Shown here piece by piece: positions 28,871 through 43,455 of a DNA stretch of 64,000 nt. How positions within the stretch are numbered: position 1 is the stretch's first letter; every line of letters starts with the position of its first letter. Location: the NCBI RefSeq assembly GCF_009914755.1, contig NC_060927.1; one strand, written 5' to 3'. This DNA comes from the human T2T-CHM13v2.0 reference genome, Homo sapiens. Both the position numbers and the translations under genes were made by a program. The notes below the pieces were generated by a model. That model had not been told where the DNA came from. It searched no databases and was given only the letters and a program-made list of their open reading frames with translations.

Positions 28871-31544
28871 ACAGGGTTTAGAGTGATTGTGTAACTTGCC
28901 CGAAGATACCAACTAAAATACTGACAGAGCTGAGATTTGACTTCAAGTTCCATTCTCTTAACTGTTAAACAATACTACCTTTGTCTAAAGACTAATTGAG
29001 CCAATAGACTTATGTGGAGTTTTTTTTTCAGAGTTGCATTTGTATATGTTTAAAAATTTCTCCAAATACTTTGAAAGTAAGATCTGAAAATCAAACAGAT
29101 CTTTGGAAATTTTGCAGCTGAAATGGAGAAGGCCAGGAAGCATTTAAACCAGGGCTATGGTTAATGTTATTTGTAGCCTGAGAATGTGACTGAGGGAGAG
29201 GGAGCTTACAGGCTGCTTTAGCTGGGCTCACTCTCTCAACCTCATAGGGAAGTCGTAGTGGGGTCTTACTCAGTGAGAGTGAAGCCTCCGGAAGTTCTGT
29301 TCCATTCTCTCTACTCATTATTCAGACCTTGTCTGTGTCATTTAATCTTTCAGTTTGTTGCTCCATAAAATGTGAAAAAAAAAAGTAGCAACTGGTCTGA
29401 TCTTTCGTAAGCAGCTACTCTGAAAGCATACTTGGAAGTGCTTGCAGCTCTTTGGAGGAGGGTGAAGTATTTACTGGTATTATGCCTGCCTTCCGTAGGC
29501 TTACCTTGACAATATCTATGATGTGTCCCTAGTGTGCCCTGATGAATAAAGATCCCGAAGTGAAAAATGTAAAGCAATATGGTCTGTGGTGAAAACACCC
29601 ATCACACATCAGCCCATCCCATCTGAGGTCCAAACTTTTCCTGGCCCTGACTCCTTGCTATCAAGTAGAGGAGATATATTTACCAGAGAAAATTCAGGGT
29701 ATCTGGGTCCAGTGTATACTATCTGGAATTGCCAAGCCTAAGACAAAAATCCTGAAGTAATCCTGAAGCTATTTCTGGCCTTGGGCACAGGCTTTGTATT
29801 ATATGAGCATTTAAAATTTCAGAACACTTTCACTTAAGGACTCATGTATTCCTTACCACAAGCCCTCGCCTCAGTTTTCCCAACAGTAAACCAGAAGCAT
29901 GGCCTGTAATGACTGTTCAAGTAATATCATTATCTTTCATTTCTCCAAATTTCCACTCCTAACTAGAAATCTCTGGAGAGATCAAGCAAGGCAAAAAGAA
30001 ATCTGTCCAGTCTTGCTTGAGGTTTACTGGTTTCGGCGTGGTCTGGGAAGTGGATAAATCATTGGTCCCTTGGCCTGTGTCTCTCTCACTCAAGTCAAAC
30101 ACAAGTTGGGAAGGACGTACCAAGCTTTCCGAGAGGCAGGTTTCCCATAGGAGGCTGTTAATGGCCTGTCATGTGCTTTTTTTGGCAGAGCAGTGAGGAA
30201 CTCTTTGAGAGCCTCAAACACACTGGGAACCCCAAAATAAAAGGAATTAGTAACCAAGATTAAAATTGTGTTGCAGTGGTTTGCTTCAGTGCTGAGGCTC
30301 TCAACTGTGGTAACTCTATAAATTCAGGTGGATTTCTCAGCAAATAATTCATCTCCCTGGCCTACATGACGGGAGAAGCACTCAGATTGAGTGACTTTCT
30401 TTTCCCCTTGGACTCTCAATGCTCACGCACATCCTCCTTTGGATGGTAATACTGCATTCATGCTGAAAGACATTTTTGCTTCAATAAATTAAAAATGGTA
30501 AGGATCGGCTTACATTCTTTCTTTTTATATTTTCCTAATGAAAAATGAATATTTGATTCTCTGTTGTATTGCTATTATTCATATCCCTTAACCTTTTATT
30601 TGATGTGCAAAAATGTCGTGTTGAAAAACTCAAGGGCCACAGACTAGTAGAAACAAAAAGAATATTTATTTTCATTTTTCATGTGATATTATTTCAGAGT
30701 TGTTGTAATAACCATTTTCTCTTGTAATAAAACATTTTGTTTAAAAACCATCCTTTGTTATAGTTCTTCTGTCCTATAAAAGTGTCAAAAGGATGCTTTT
30801 CCTTTCTATACTTCTTTTGACTTTTAATAAAAGGCCAACAATCTCACTAATCTATACATGTTATTTAAGAATATATTTCAAAAAATGAAAATAAAATCAG
30901 TTGAAACAAATCCCACTATGTGCAACAATAGAAAGAAGAGTTTAGGCTGGCTTAAGTGTTCAAAAATATCATGGCTTAATCAAATTCAGGTTCTTGAATA
31001 TGATGGGCTTTTTTTCCAGGTGTTGAAAACCTATCATGACTTTCCTTTTTATGAACAGCATTTGGCAACCATTTGACAATTCTTATAATAGAACTCAGTG
31101 GGAATATGAAGACAAAGGCTTTGGAATTTTTGTAAGCACAGGAAGGTACATCTCCTGGGAAGTAGAGCTATCACACAATAATCAATTCATGCAAAAAGCA
31201 GAGAAACACACACATACACACATACACACACACACTCAAATATCTATATGGGAAAACAAGAAATCTGGAAAAAAAAAAAAAGGAGCCTCATGTCCAATGT
31301 GTGTGGCAGCTAACCTCCAAGATGACTCTAATAATCCCTGCCTCCTGGTGTTCATGTTGTAGCATAGTCTTCTCCCACATTGAGTAGGGCTGACTGGTGT
31401 AACAAATAGAGTATCATTGTAATGATAATTTGTGACTTCCAAAGCTAGATTATAAAAGATCTGTGACTTCTGCTTTGCTCTTTCTTAGATCACTCACTCT
31501 GAGGGAAGCCACCTGCCCAGTTGTGAGCAGCCCTATGGGATAAA

Positions 31545-31790
31545 GATTTTCTTGTTTTCTTTTTTTTTTCTTCAACTTTTAAGTTTTGGGGTACATGTTC
31601 AGGATGTGCCGGTTTGTTACATGCATAAACATGTGCCATGGGGGTTTGCTGTGCACATCAACCCATCACCTAGGTATTTAAGCCCAGCATCCATTAACTA
31701 TTCTTCCTGACGCCCTCCCTCCCCCCATCCCCCAGCCCGGGCCCGACAGGCCCCAGTGTGTGTTGTTCCCCACAGTGTGTCCATGTGTTC
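31545..31790 (-). mobile_element. L1PA 3' end fragment
   Basis: T-rich tail, then AAGTTTTGGGGTACATGTTCAGGATGTGCCGGTTTGTTACAT...GACAGGCCCCAGTGTGTGTTGTTCCCC. Confidence 0.85.
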
Positions 31791-33134
31791 TGGGATGAGG
31801 ATTTTCATTGCAGCGTATTTGTGGTAGTGGGTAGTTGGAGGTAACCCAGGTGTCAATTTTTGCCAAAGTGATGGACAAAGTGTAGTGATCACTTAACATT
31901 AAATACAATGATTAAACACAAAAGATTAGAACTACATACATCAACGTGGTTGGATCTTAAAAACAGTGTATTGTCAGAAATAGAATGCAACATACATCAT
32001 TCATGTAAATAAAAATTCACAAAATGACAATATACATTTTGCAAGGACATACTCACATGAAAATATATACGTAAAATATGTTGAAATGCATGTCTATTGC
32101 AAGAAGAAGAAAGATGAATATGGTATGGAGATAAAAAATAAATTAATGAATTAAGCAAGAGAGGGGATCTTACTAGGCCTTGAATTGAGGGATGTGATTA
32201 ACTCAATCCTTTGCACTAGAGGTCCAAAACTAGTTAAGAAAAAAAGTTGGAAAAATACACTTAGACTTTGAAAAAGAGGGCATATGAAAGCGTGGTAGTA
32301 AAAGAGAAGAGGAGCATTCAACGACACCACAGACCAGTTTCAAAACAAGGTGGTGTCTTTGACACAGATCTGGGTTGCTGTTCCAGGAATGAAAAGCATA
32401 TCAATAGCAGGGTTTGGAGAGGGTGATTCCAACTGCTAATCAAGAACTTCCTGATTTTAGCCTCCACCATAAGGTCCTTGCATCTATATGTAGAGAACAC
32501 ATTGCAGTGTAAAGTTTCTTGTTAATGAAGAAGGGATATGAAAAAGAAGCTCAGAAAATAGTGTCTTTATTTTCAAAGACTTTTCAAAAGTACCCTTTTT
32601 GTTGTTTCTCAATCACTAAATGTTTGCTTCCTGAGTTATCAGTACAATTCTAAACCAGCCCTTTTGTCTATTCTAGAAAGGAAATAGTCAAATATCTTGG
32701 GGAAAACTGTATAATTTTAATTTTCTGTTGTCAAATGAGATTGTGACCTGACGTTTAGTTCCATTATCACAGCTTTAACTGTATTTTATGTTTTAAAAAA
32801 TGATGGAGACTTTATAAATACCACAGGAAAATTTAGAAATCCACTTCTTACTGCATCACTCTAATATAAAAACGGCTTTTATTTCTTTGGTTCTCCCCTG
32901 AGCTTTATGAATTGGCCTAATGAATCTCAAATATCATAAGCATAGGAAGCCTTGGGGGAAGAGGATTGAGGTGGCAACTTTTCAATTCAATTTTTGCATA
33001 ACTTGAACAATATGCTCAGGATTGTGATAAGCCCAGTACAAAGGGCATAAAAAGTTAGAATATTCCTGTCATGAGGGAAATTACATGCTTCTAGAATGGA
33101 TAAGAATTACAACATTGTGAAATTCCCCACCCCC

Positions 33135-33890
33135 AGCTTTACTGAGGTGTAATTGACAAATAAAAACTGTATATATTTAAGGTACAGAATGTGATGATTT
33201 GATATACATGTACTTTGTGAAATAATTATCATAATCAAGCCAATAAACACATGCATCACCTCACATAATTATCCTATTTTTTCCTATGTGGTGAGAACAT
33301 TTAAGACCCACTTTCTTACCAAATTTCAAGTACGCAGTACAGTACTAGTAACTAATAGTCACCATGCTGTGCTGACTGTTGGATCCCAGAACTTGTTCAT
33401 CTTATAACTGAATTTGTACCCATTGACCAGCATCTCCCCACTTCCTCCACTGCCCCTACCCTCCAGCCTCTGGCAACCACCATTCTACCTTCTGCTTCTA
33501 TGAGTTTGGCTTTTTTAGATTGCACATATAAGTGAGATCACCCAGTATTTGTCTTGCTGAGTCTGGTTTATTTCACTTAGCATTATATTTTCCAGGTTAA
33601 TCCATGTTGTCACAAATGGAAGGATTTCTATCTTTATTATGGCTGAATAATATTCCATTCAACACGTTTTCATTATCCATTCAACTGTTGGTGGACACTT
33701 AGATTGATTCCATATCTTGGCTATTGTGAATAATGCCAAAATGAACATGAGAATGCAGATCTCTCTTTGAGATACTGATATCATTTCCTTTGGATATATA
33801 CCCAGAGTGGGAATACTGGGTCATATGGTGTTCTAGTTTTAATTTTTTTTAGGAAACTCCAGAATATTTTCTATAACAGCTGTACCAACT
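33135..33890 (-). mobile_element. L1MA/MB 3' region
   Basis: CTTTACTGAGGTGTAATTGACAAATAAAAACTGTATATATTTAAGG...GGATATATACCCAGAGTGGG. Confidence 0.85.
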
Positions 33891-33924
33891 ATTGTGAAAA
33901 ATTAAAGGTTTATTCAACCTAGTG

Positions 33925-34355
33925 TTGTTGATGTCCAATCACATAGACCCTCAGCCTGCTCTGAGTTTACCTGTGGCCACAGGGGCCAGTTCCTACCAAG
34001 TTGACAGCTTTGCCCTGAATGGGTTTCTCTCTGCTTCTTTGCTGGCTCTCTCTGGCCCAGCAACTGCATGCAGGGAAGCTGAAACTGTGTGCAGGGAAGC
34101 TCCAGGAGTGTTGGGGGTTTACAGCCCCAGGGGTGACCTTCAGTGTCAGTCTCCTCAAGCCTCAGAGCCTTCAGTGGGTAAGGGCCACGTTGCCATCAGT
34201 GGTAACTTGTTCTTTAATGCACCATTTATTGGCTTTGCCCTTCCCTTGCTTACCCACTCCCGTGCATGTGCTTCCTCAGAACACATCCTAATTAAACTAC
34301 CTTCATTCAAATCTTTGTCTCAAGGTTTGCTTTAGGGGGAACCCAAATAAAACAT
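33925..34355 (+). mobile_element. LTR16-like ERVL LTR
   Basis: Ends ATTAAACTACCTTCATTCAAATCTTTGTCTCAAGGTTTGCTTTAGGGGAACCCAAATAAAACA, a typical LTR16/33 terminus. Confidence 0.6.
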
Positions 34356-35059
34356 ATCAGACAGAATGTAGTCAAATGCCAAGATGTGTAAAACCAAAAT
34401 TTTCTTCCCCTCCAACTCTACCACTTCTCAATTCCCTGTCGATGGAACAAGACATAAAATTAATGCAATCAGCACAGGTTCCCGTTTGCCTCACCTCTTG
34501 CTGGTTGCCCTTGACCATTTGAGAGGCTGGCTGAGAATGAAGTTGCCACAGTAGACAGCCCTACTATATGCCTTCTTTTTATTGTCAATTTAAATGTGAC
34601 CTTTCTAGCTCAGGCAGTGACACAGTCTAAACACTTCTATTCTTCCTAGATCTTGGCAAGTGCAGCAATCTGCTATCCTTCTCTTTTTCCATTCGTCTCT
34701 TTTTCAGATTTATTCATTTTCTCTACCAACTATCTATTATGCATATGGTCTGTCTGAAGTACATTAGGTCCTGGAGGTGCCCCAATGCCCAAGACAGTCG
34801 TGGTTCATGAGCTCCCATTGCTTAGAGCTCAGGGTACTACTGTAGCAGGCATCATATATGGTGTGGGAATGCTGTGAAAAGGACAGCATGCTATGGCAGC
34901 ACCCAGGAGGCCACAATACTAAGCCAGAGTGGGGTGGGGGCGGGGGTCAAAGAAGGCTACTTAGGAGAAAAAAAAATAGGCTTTAAGAAAGTCAGAAGAA
35001 AGGGATATACAGGAGCCAAACTGAGTATTGCTCAAAAGAAGAGCAGCAGCAGGAGGTGA

Positions 35060-35645
35060 TTCAGCTGGAGGATTAAAAAGGGGGCAGTCTATAAAGAGCC
35101 TTGCAGAACCTTTCTAGGACTTTACCCTAAAACAAAATCTCTCAAAGGAATTTAAACTGGAAAAGATATGACCAGACTTACATTTTAAAAATATCTCTGA
35201 CTGCAGTGAATAAATCTGGGAGTGACCAGACTTGACAGACTAGTTAATGTAGATGAAGTGATGGTGACCAAGGTGGAGCAGGAAGTGGCATTGGGAGGAA
35301 AAATAATTGAAAGCAATTGGGAGACATTGAGGTAGTGGAATTGATAGATTTGGTGGCTAATGATATGGAGAAGGTAAGAGAAAGGGGGGAATCAAGAATG
35401 ATAATTATTTTCCAGTTTGGCAGTTGGTGGCTGGTGGGGCTGTTCCTTAATACAAGGAACAACAGAAGGAGCCCTGTGGGAGCATTGACCGCAGACTGGA
35501 AGAGAGTACTGATGATGGTTGTCATTTTGGATAGGCTGTGTTGTTGAGTTTGAGGAGCACGTGAAGAAAGCAGGTAGAAATATCTAATCTTCAGGCATGT
35601 CTGGAGTTTAGGGGAGAGATCTGGGCTAGAGGGAGGTGAGATAAG
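35060..35645 (-). mobile_element. L2 remnant
   Basis: GGAGTTTAGGGGAGAGATCTGGGCTAGAG and other antisense L2-like segments. Confidence 0.6.
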
Positions 35646-38213
35646 CATCTTTATGAGGGGTTATCATCTATGCTACAGGTATTATTTAAGAACCTTGCTG
35701 CAGAACACCTTGATATGCAGGAATCAAACATCCATCATCATGGCAGTTTCGCTTCAAGAAGGGTGTCATTCTTATCATGCAACAGACTGTTTTCCTGCAC
35801 TTATATATTACTAAAGACTAGAAAAACAGAGATGGATCAGTTTAGGTGGAGTGGCTAGAAGCCAGAAGGCAGAAGATCGTAGAGCAATTAGAATGTGAAA
35901 AAGGAAAAACAGAATACCCTGAAGAAGCGTGACTCTATCAATGATCTATTGCAGTGTCACAAACCACTCTAAAACTTAGTGGCTAAGACAGTGACAATTT
36001 TATTTGCTTATAATTCTGTGGGTCAGCGTTTTGGGCTGGGTTCAGCTGAGTAGCTCTTCTAGTTTCTTTGGCAGTTTAGTCTGGATGACCTAACATCCAG
36101 ACCAAAGATGTGGTCATGGGTTGTGTGTGTCCTCTCTCTTCAAGACGCCCTCACTTTAAGAGAATAACGAAAGGCAGTTGCAGCAGCTAGCACTGATTTG
36201 GTAGAAGGCACCCACTATATGCCAAATATTGTGCTTTTTGCTAGGTCTCCCATGGCCTTATTACCATGCTGCTGAAAACCTTAGAGAGGTTCATCTGCTC
36301 AAGGAGCTCCCAGTGCTGGCAATTGGCAAGGCCAAGATTTTAGGTGAGCTCAGTAATGTTGAAGCCCATGCTTTTCCCACTACTACTTGCTGGTTAGTTC
36401 CACACTTACACCTCATGGGCCTGGGGGTTACATGTAAGGCTGCAGGGGCTTTAAGTGGAGGTAGAGGACAATCTTGGGGTTCAGAGAGCACTGGAGTATG
36501 TTTGGCCCCCTGACCTGCAGACAGCCAGTTATAAAAGTAGTCAATGAACTAAAATCTGAAGTGCCTAGAAGAGGCTGTGGCCAACAAAGCCACTAAAATC
36601 TTAACTATTATTATTGTCATTGGTACTGGTAATATTTTGCTTCCTGGTTCATACTCTGGTGTCTTCCATACCATGGTTGCTTCCTGGTTCATACTCTGGT
36701 GTCTTCAGCATTTATCAGTCTTTGCTATTCTCCCTAGCTTGGGAAAATTCCTACACTTCCACCCAATTGCATCTTATTTCATGCATTTTCTTATGTTGAG
36801 AATGGAAATAGCTTTGTAGTCTCCATTTGCTAAAGGGAGAGTACCACAAAGGAGGAGAACCTGGTGTGACTTGTTCATTGATGCAACCCCAGCATCCTGA
36901 CTGGGCCCTGCACAGTATGTGCTTATCGAATGCCATGTTGGTCTTTTAAAATAAATTCACCTCATCAAGGTATCAGCACACCTTAAGGTGAGAGAGGCCT
37001 GGGCAGGGGCCAGGGAGCTACGCCTCTGTAATGCACTCTGAATCTACAACGGACCTTCGTGGGGACACATGCTTGTGTGCAGAGGAGGTCTCTAGAGGCA
37101 CACATTGCTGTCTTCATCTGAGACATACAGCATACTGGCTCCAAAAGCCCCACATGCAGAAAGAGGAATCTTATTTTCAAATAGAGGCACACTGCTGATT
37201 TCACACTTTTCATTGCTCAATTAATTGATATTTAAAGAAAAAGTAGTTAAGGGATATAGAAAGCATTGACTGTGAAGCTACGAAGGGATACATGTATCAT
37301 TTCCAACACTTCACAGAAGGACAATTCAGGGAAACCAAGTTTCTTGATTTCACAATTCCAATTATAAATACAACACTTAGGCTTATCCCTCCTCATATGC
37401 ATTACACTTCAGTTACAAGCATGTTCCACCATGCATGTTGATGAGTGCTTGTCTGGGAGATACCTGCTTTAGCCGACCACTTCTCTTTCAGAACCAAAAA
37501 CCATGTAATTTTAATTCCTGAAAGGATTTGGCTATGTTCTTATAATAAACACATTGTAAACTGTTGGGGCCTGGGATAGGGAGAATTGAAAACTCTACTG
37601 ATGGAGGAGATTAAAACTCCTCCAAATCTGCCTGATTGAGGTACCCTGTCTGGATATCTTCTGCTTTCTGTAGGAAGGATCAGCAAGTTTTGTCTTAATG
37701 ATAGTAATATTTTAGGATTTATGGATCATACAATCATGAGGGCATATAAATGAATGGGTGTGGCTGTGTTTCAATAACATTTTATTTACAAAAACAGGAG
37801 GCCCAGACTTAGTTTGCCAAACCTGCCCTAGAGGGAAGGCTATGAGCTCCAGTTCTCTCCAGAATATCTGGATATTCTGAATGGATGTTCATCATCCAAT
37901 ATTTGCTTTCTGTGTCAGAGTGTGTGTGTGCTCCAACTGGAATAATTTGGTATGAATTTTTAAAATGCAGAGCATCAGTGCTGTTGGTGTAGTCCATTTT
38001 ATGTGAAGAATCCAAGTGGAATATACATTGGGAGGGTATGATGTTGTATTTCTTAGCATTACACAGAGCTAGAATGACATTCACTTAAATGCACTTATCT
38101 AGAATAAAGTGAAGAATGACAGTTGCTTGGAAATAGGGAAGACTGATTGAGCCCATGTTTTGGTTGGACTACCATTGAACCTAATTTTAAAACGTAAAGG
38201 TTTAAAATGATTA

Positions 38214-38560
<347 letters not shown>

Positions 38561-39189
38561 TAAAATGATTAGTGATAGATTTTCATTTATCCAGGGTTTG
38601 ATTACTTTTAAATTAAAAATTATGAATGGTATAAAGGAAAAATAAAATAACCTATAAAATTAAGCTGGGAATTTTTGACTCCTTTAATGAATCCTTCCAA
38701 TCTCAAGTGAAAACCAGGAACATCTTATATATGAATTAAATTGACAGTAAGAATCATATTATGATACTTGCCCCTTTTTAAAAAAATGCATATCTATTGA
38801 TTCTTCTACTTGCATCTTATTCATAGAGGCGGATGAATTCCTTTTCCAGTGGACTTCTAGATTCAAGAATCTCTCAAGGCCTAGGCCTGGGTAAACTCAT
38901 TTTAGATCACCAAACTTGCAGTAGTAGTTGACCTCAATGAATAGTCCAAGGAAATACACATATATACTAAGCACACTTAAAATCCTTTAGCATTTGCTCC
39001 TTTTGTATAAGAAATAGCAGAGGACTAAGGAGACATGACAGGTCCTTGTCACCCCTGCTACGGAGGGTGACAGGTACCAGAAAATGCTCAGGTGCCACAT
39101 CAGATCAGGCAAGTTAAAAAGAACAATGACCTATGTGAAAAAATTCTATTTTGTCAGTCACTTTAAAGTATGAGTTAAGTGAATATTTA

Positions 39190-39577
39190 TTATAGACTGA
39201 ATGATGTTTGTGTCTTCCCTCCCAGCTCATATGAAGCCCATATCTCTGATGTGATGGTATTTGGAAATGGGGCCTTTGGAAAGTAATTTCAGGTTAGATG
39301 ACGTCATGAGAGTAGGGTGCTCATTATAGGATTAGTGGCCTTGGAAGAAGAGACACCAGAGAGCTTGCCCTCTGCCTCCTGTGCTCACACAAACAGGCCA
39401 TGTGAGCACACGGTAAGAAGGTGGCCGACAAGCCAGGAAGAGTCCTCACCAGAAACCTACCATACAGGCACCTTGATTTCCAACTTCCTGTCTCTGGAAT
39501 TGTCAGAAAATAAATTTCTGTTGTTTAAGTCACCCAGTCTAGAGCATCTTGTTTTGGCAGCCTGAGCAGACTAATAT
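39190..39577 (+). mobile_element. MaLR LTR (MLT1A/MST-like)
   Basis: ...GTGATGGTATTTGGAAATGGGGCCTTTGG...AAATAAATTTCTGTTGTTTAAGTCACCCAGTCT...GCAGCCTGAGCAGACTAATA. Confidence 0.8.
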
Positions 39578-39687
39578 AAGGCCTGATTTTTTTTCCAGAA
39601 TACTTTTTCTTGTCTTTTGAAATAATTTTTACATAACAAGAAGGTGCTGTGGTAGGGGATAGAGACTGAAGGAATAAGGAATGAGGA

Positions 39688-39942
39688 GGCCAGTGCGGTG
39701 GCTCACGCCTGCAATCCCAGCACAGGGGAGGGAGCTCAAGCAATCCGCCTGCTTGGCATTGGGATGGAAAAATGCTATCTGTACAAACAATACGAAAATT
39801 AGCTGGGTGTAGTGGCATGCACTTGTAGTCCCATCTACTCAGGAGGCTAAGGTGGGAGGATTGCTTGAGCCCAGGAGGCAGAGGCTGCAGTGAGCTGAGA
39901 TCACACCACTGCCAGCCTGGGCCACAGAGCAAGACCCAGTCT

Positions 39943-39981
<39 letters not shown>

Positions 39982-40005
39982 GAAAACAAAGAAAAAGAAA
40001 AAAAA
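39688..40005 (+). mobile_element. AluJ-type element with a rearranged left arm
   Basis: Alu start and right arm are intact, with a long A tail and AATGAGGAG duplicated at both flanks. Confidence 0.85.
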
Positions 40006-40519
40006 AGAAATGAGGAGATGCAGAAAAAGTTCAGGCTCTATATACATAAATCTATTTTTCCTAGTCTTATATCCGCAAAATGACTTCTCAGCTTGTTGTT
40101 TTTGTCTGGAAAAGTATTAATTCATGATATTATAATTTCCCAAGTTCTTACATAAGAAATTAACTGTCCATATTTTGAGTACTTACAGACAAAATTTCCT
40201 TTCAAAAGTGCTTTGAAAATAAACATTTTGTTTTACAGTATGCCACACAATTATCTAATGACCAGCTCTCTATGCCTCCCTGTGATGCATTCCAGGTAAG
40301 AATTAAAAACATCCCACCGAAGGGTGAGTCATGGGCTGGACACTAGATTCAGAACAAACGCCCGCACCAGACTTGCTATGCTAAGGCTATCCTCCGACGA
40401 CTGAACGTGGCCAATCTGAATAGCTTTAATACACCATGGCCACTTTCCATCATTCATTTTTTGTAATACTAGAATTTTTCCCTCTTGAAAACAAAAATTA
40501 TTACAGAAATTAGCAGGAT

Positions 40520-43194
40520 GTCAGGTATATAGCATTTATAGGCATTTCAAAATAGTCACTTTGAAATGTTGAGCAGATTCATGATAGATTTTCAAGGCTT
40601 TGAATTATTTACATTTTAAAAAGTTTATCAGATATTGCAATGTTAAAGATAAATTATTTGAACTTCTAGTAGGTAGTAATGGTGTCAGAGAATGACAGGT
40701 AATTAAGTCATACAGTACATCTTGTGTCCACATTTCATGCAATTTTTGCAGAATGCTGTACTATGTAAACTGCTACTGCAAAAAAAAAAAAAAAAGCAAT
40801 TATTGCACTGAATTTTCCATAAAATCCCTCCAAGTAAATCTTATCACCCCTTTGCAGATGAGCATCTTGTCTTTGGGAAGATGCAATAGAAAAGGAACTT
40901 GCCATAGAAAGCAGTAGTAAGACTTCTTATATGAGACTAAGATTTTCATTTCATTAGCTCTCTCCTTCACCTTGTTTATTAATTCTACAAGCATTTATTG
41001 CCATCTCCTATGTGCCAAGCACTGGTCCAGGCTCTGGGGATACACTATGAACAAAATACAGTGAAGTCCCTGCCCCATGGAGCTTACATTCTAGTAGGGG
41101 GAGACAGACAAACACATAAATACAAAATATCAGAGGGTTCAAAACAGCTTAGAGGTATCTTGCCTGAATTCTGTTTACTGCATATCCTCATTCTTGGGCA
41201 ATGATAAAGTGAAGAGAGAGGCCAACAATGGGCTGCAGCAATGTTGCTAGTCCCAGCTCTACCATCTACACATTGAGTGGATTTAAGTGAGTTCTCATCT
41301 GATCTGAGCCTCAGTTTCCTCATCTATAAAATGGGGAGAAATTGGATTAAATTACTTATAAGGGAAAGGGTCCTTTCAGGCTTTTTTCATGAGAGTAGGG
41401 TGCTGAAAATCAAGAGCCAGTTTGTTGACTCCTCTAAGGTTTAAAAAATATTTAAATATAAAATCTAAGAAATCCTTAGAGATCCCATACACTCAATACT
41501 TCAAATGCCAATCTGAACTTCTTTCATCAATAGCAAATTCTTATTTACAATGGCTATAGAATGAAGTCATTTTACCATCTTTAGCCATATGAAAAATAAG
41601 TTATTTACTTATAAAAACATTCATTTTTATTATTGGTTACAAAATCTCACCTTATTTGTGAAATGTTCCCTAGCTATGAGATCCTGCCCTTGATGTGACA
41701 CTATTTCTCTCTTCTGCTAACCCCTATCCCTGACTTTGTGCTCCTGTTTAATTTTTCCAACTGAAGTATTAGCTTTATGAAAACAGGGATCGGCTGCTTG
41801 CTTCTTTGAAGAACAACCCAAATGAGAGTATGTCCAGGTAATCCATAGACATGTATAATCATTACACCTGCATTTTGTTTTACAGGTACAGGCCTTTTGG
41901 TAACCCACATTAGCTCTTTAGACTGTCAGAGTTGTTCAGCTTAGTAAAATTTAGTTTATCAAAGGGTACTCTAACATCCGAAAAGGAAAAACACGTTTCC
42001 AGACTAATTCACAGACTAGGGCATTGTAACTTCACTGGAAGCCCTGGTGAGAGGCGTTAATACATATTTAATAATGTAAGTGAAGTAGCACATATTTTAT
42101 AATCAATTAATTTTTCTCAAAGAAGATAATGTAGCAGAAGACCTGAATGTCAAACAAGGTTAGACTCATACTTACTAACTTGGTAGGAGTTACGATGCCT
42201 CTGATTCTCTTGAAAGACAAACTGTATTCACTAGTTTGATTTTGAAATGTAGAGATCAAATTTCAATCAACCCAGCAGCTAAGGATGACAGGAAATTTTA
42301 CAGGACTAGAAGGAATCATCTTCTCTTATCTGGATCTGATCCTCCTCGACACCTTGGGGGTTTCCGAAGGCTGTGTGCTCTCAGTTTTAGCTGGTTGTTA
42401 CGTAATCAAATATCCCATGCATGTTTTTACATTTGATCAGGTGGGCCTAATCACAAGGACTCATGTTGTCAGTGCCTTTGGGAGCAAAATGAAATAAATC
42501 TCTGTCTCAATATTGGAATTTATTCCTTCCTGTTGCTTAGTGGTGTCAAGATACAGTGTCAATGTTACCAGAAGTGCCTAACACAGTCTACTGTGTAGGC
42601 TAAAGTCTGCCGTGTTCGTACAGTGACTGAAAAGGAATAATGACTATATCCTCATTTGGGTGAATGTTACTACTTCAGGACCAGATGAGCAGGGGCATCC
42701 CATGTAACCATGAAGAATCTTGAAGCAGCATTACAACATCTAATAATAAACAATCTCTCAAACAGTGCCTGTATGAACTGCAAGATGAGGGCAGGTCCAG
42801 CTAGACATTGGCTGCATAAATGAAGATCAGAGAAGAATAAGGAGATTCAGACAACTTTTGGCAACCTAGATCACAGTTACTGGTAAATTCTTGTTACAAA
42901 GGAAATGGATTTTGGTATACGGAATTTGAATATGTGTTTTACTCAACAGAGTACATGCTACCAACAAGAATGCAGCCCCCTTTTTACAAGTTAGGCAGAA
43001 GGAATTATAAAGTCTTGCTGATGTTTACAGTCCTTACATCAATGTGACTGCAGCCCTCCCCAGTCATTCCAAAAGGTCCTTGGGTTGGATACGAGAATGC
43101 GTCAGGCCTGGCTTTGGCTATGACATCCCCAGGAAGTCACTGTGTGCAGTGTGGTCTCCAGGGTGGAAGTCTTTGAGCTGCCAATGAATATCTC
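40520..43194 (-). other. PLD1: PLD1 3' UTR (distal end uncertain)
   Basis: Follows the stop codon. Minus-strand AATAAA at 42519-42524, 41626-41631, 40994-40999 and 40975-40980, and a TATAAA variant near 40535. The site actually used cannot be determined from sequence alone. Confidence 0.6.
40970..41125 (-). mobile_element. L2 3' end within the PLD1 3' UTR region
   Basis: AAGCATTTATTGCCATCTCCTATGTGCCAAGCACTG...CCCTGCCCCATGGAGCTTACATTCTAGTAGGGGGAGACAGACA. Confidence 0.8.

Positions 43195-43455
<261 letters not shown>

Noticed and set aside
39042-39073. TGTCACCC...GGGTGACA inverted repeat
   Set aside because: An 8-bp stem is expected by chance in 64 kb.
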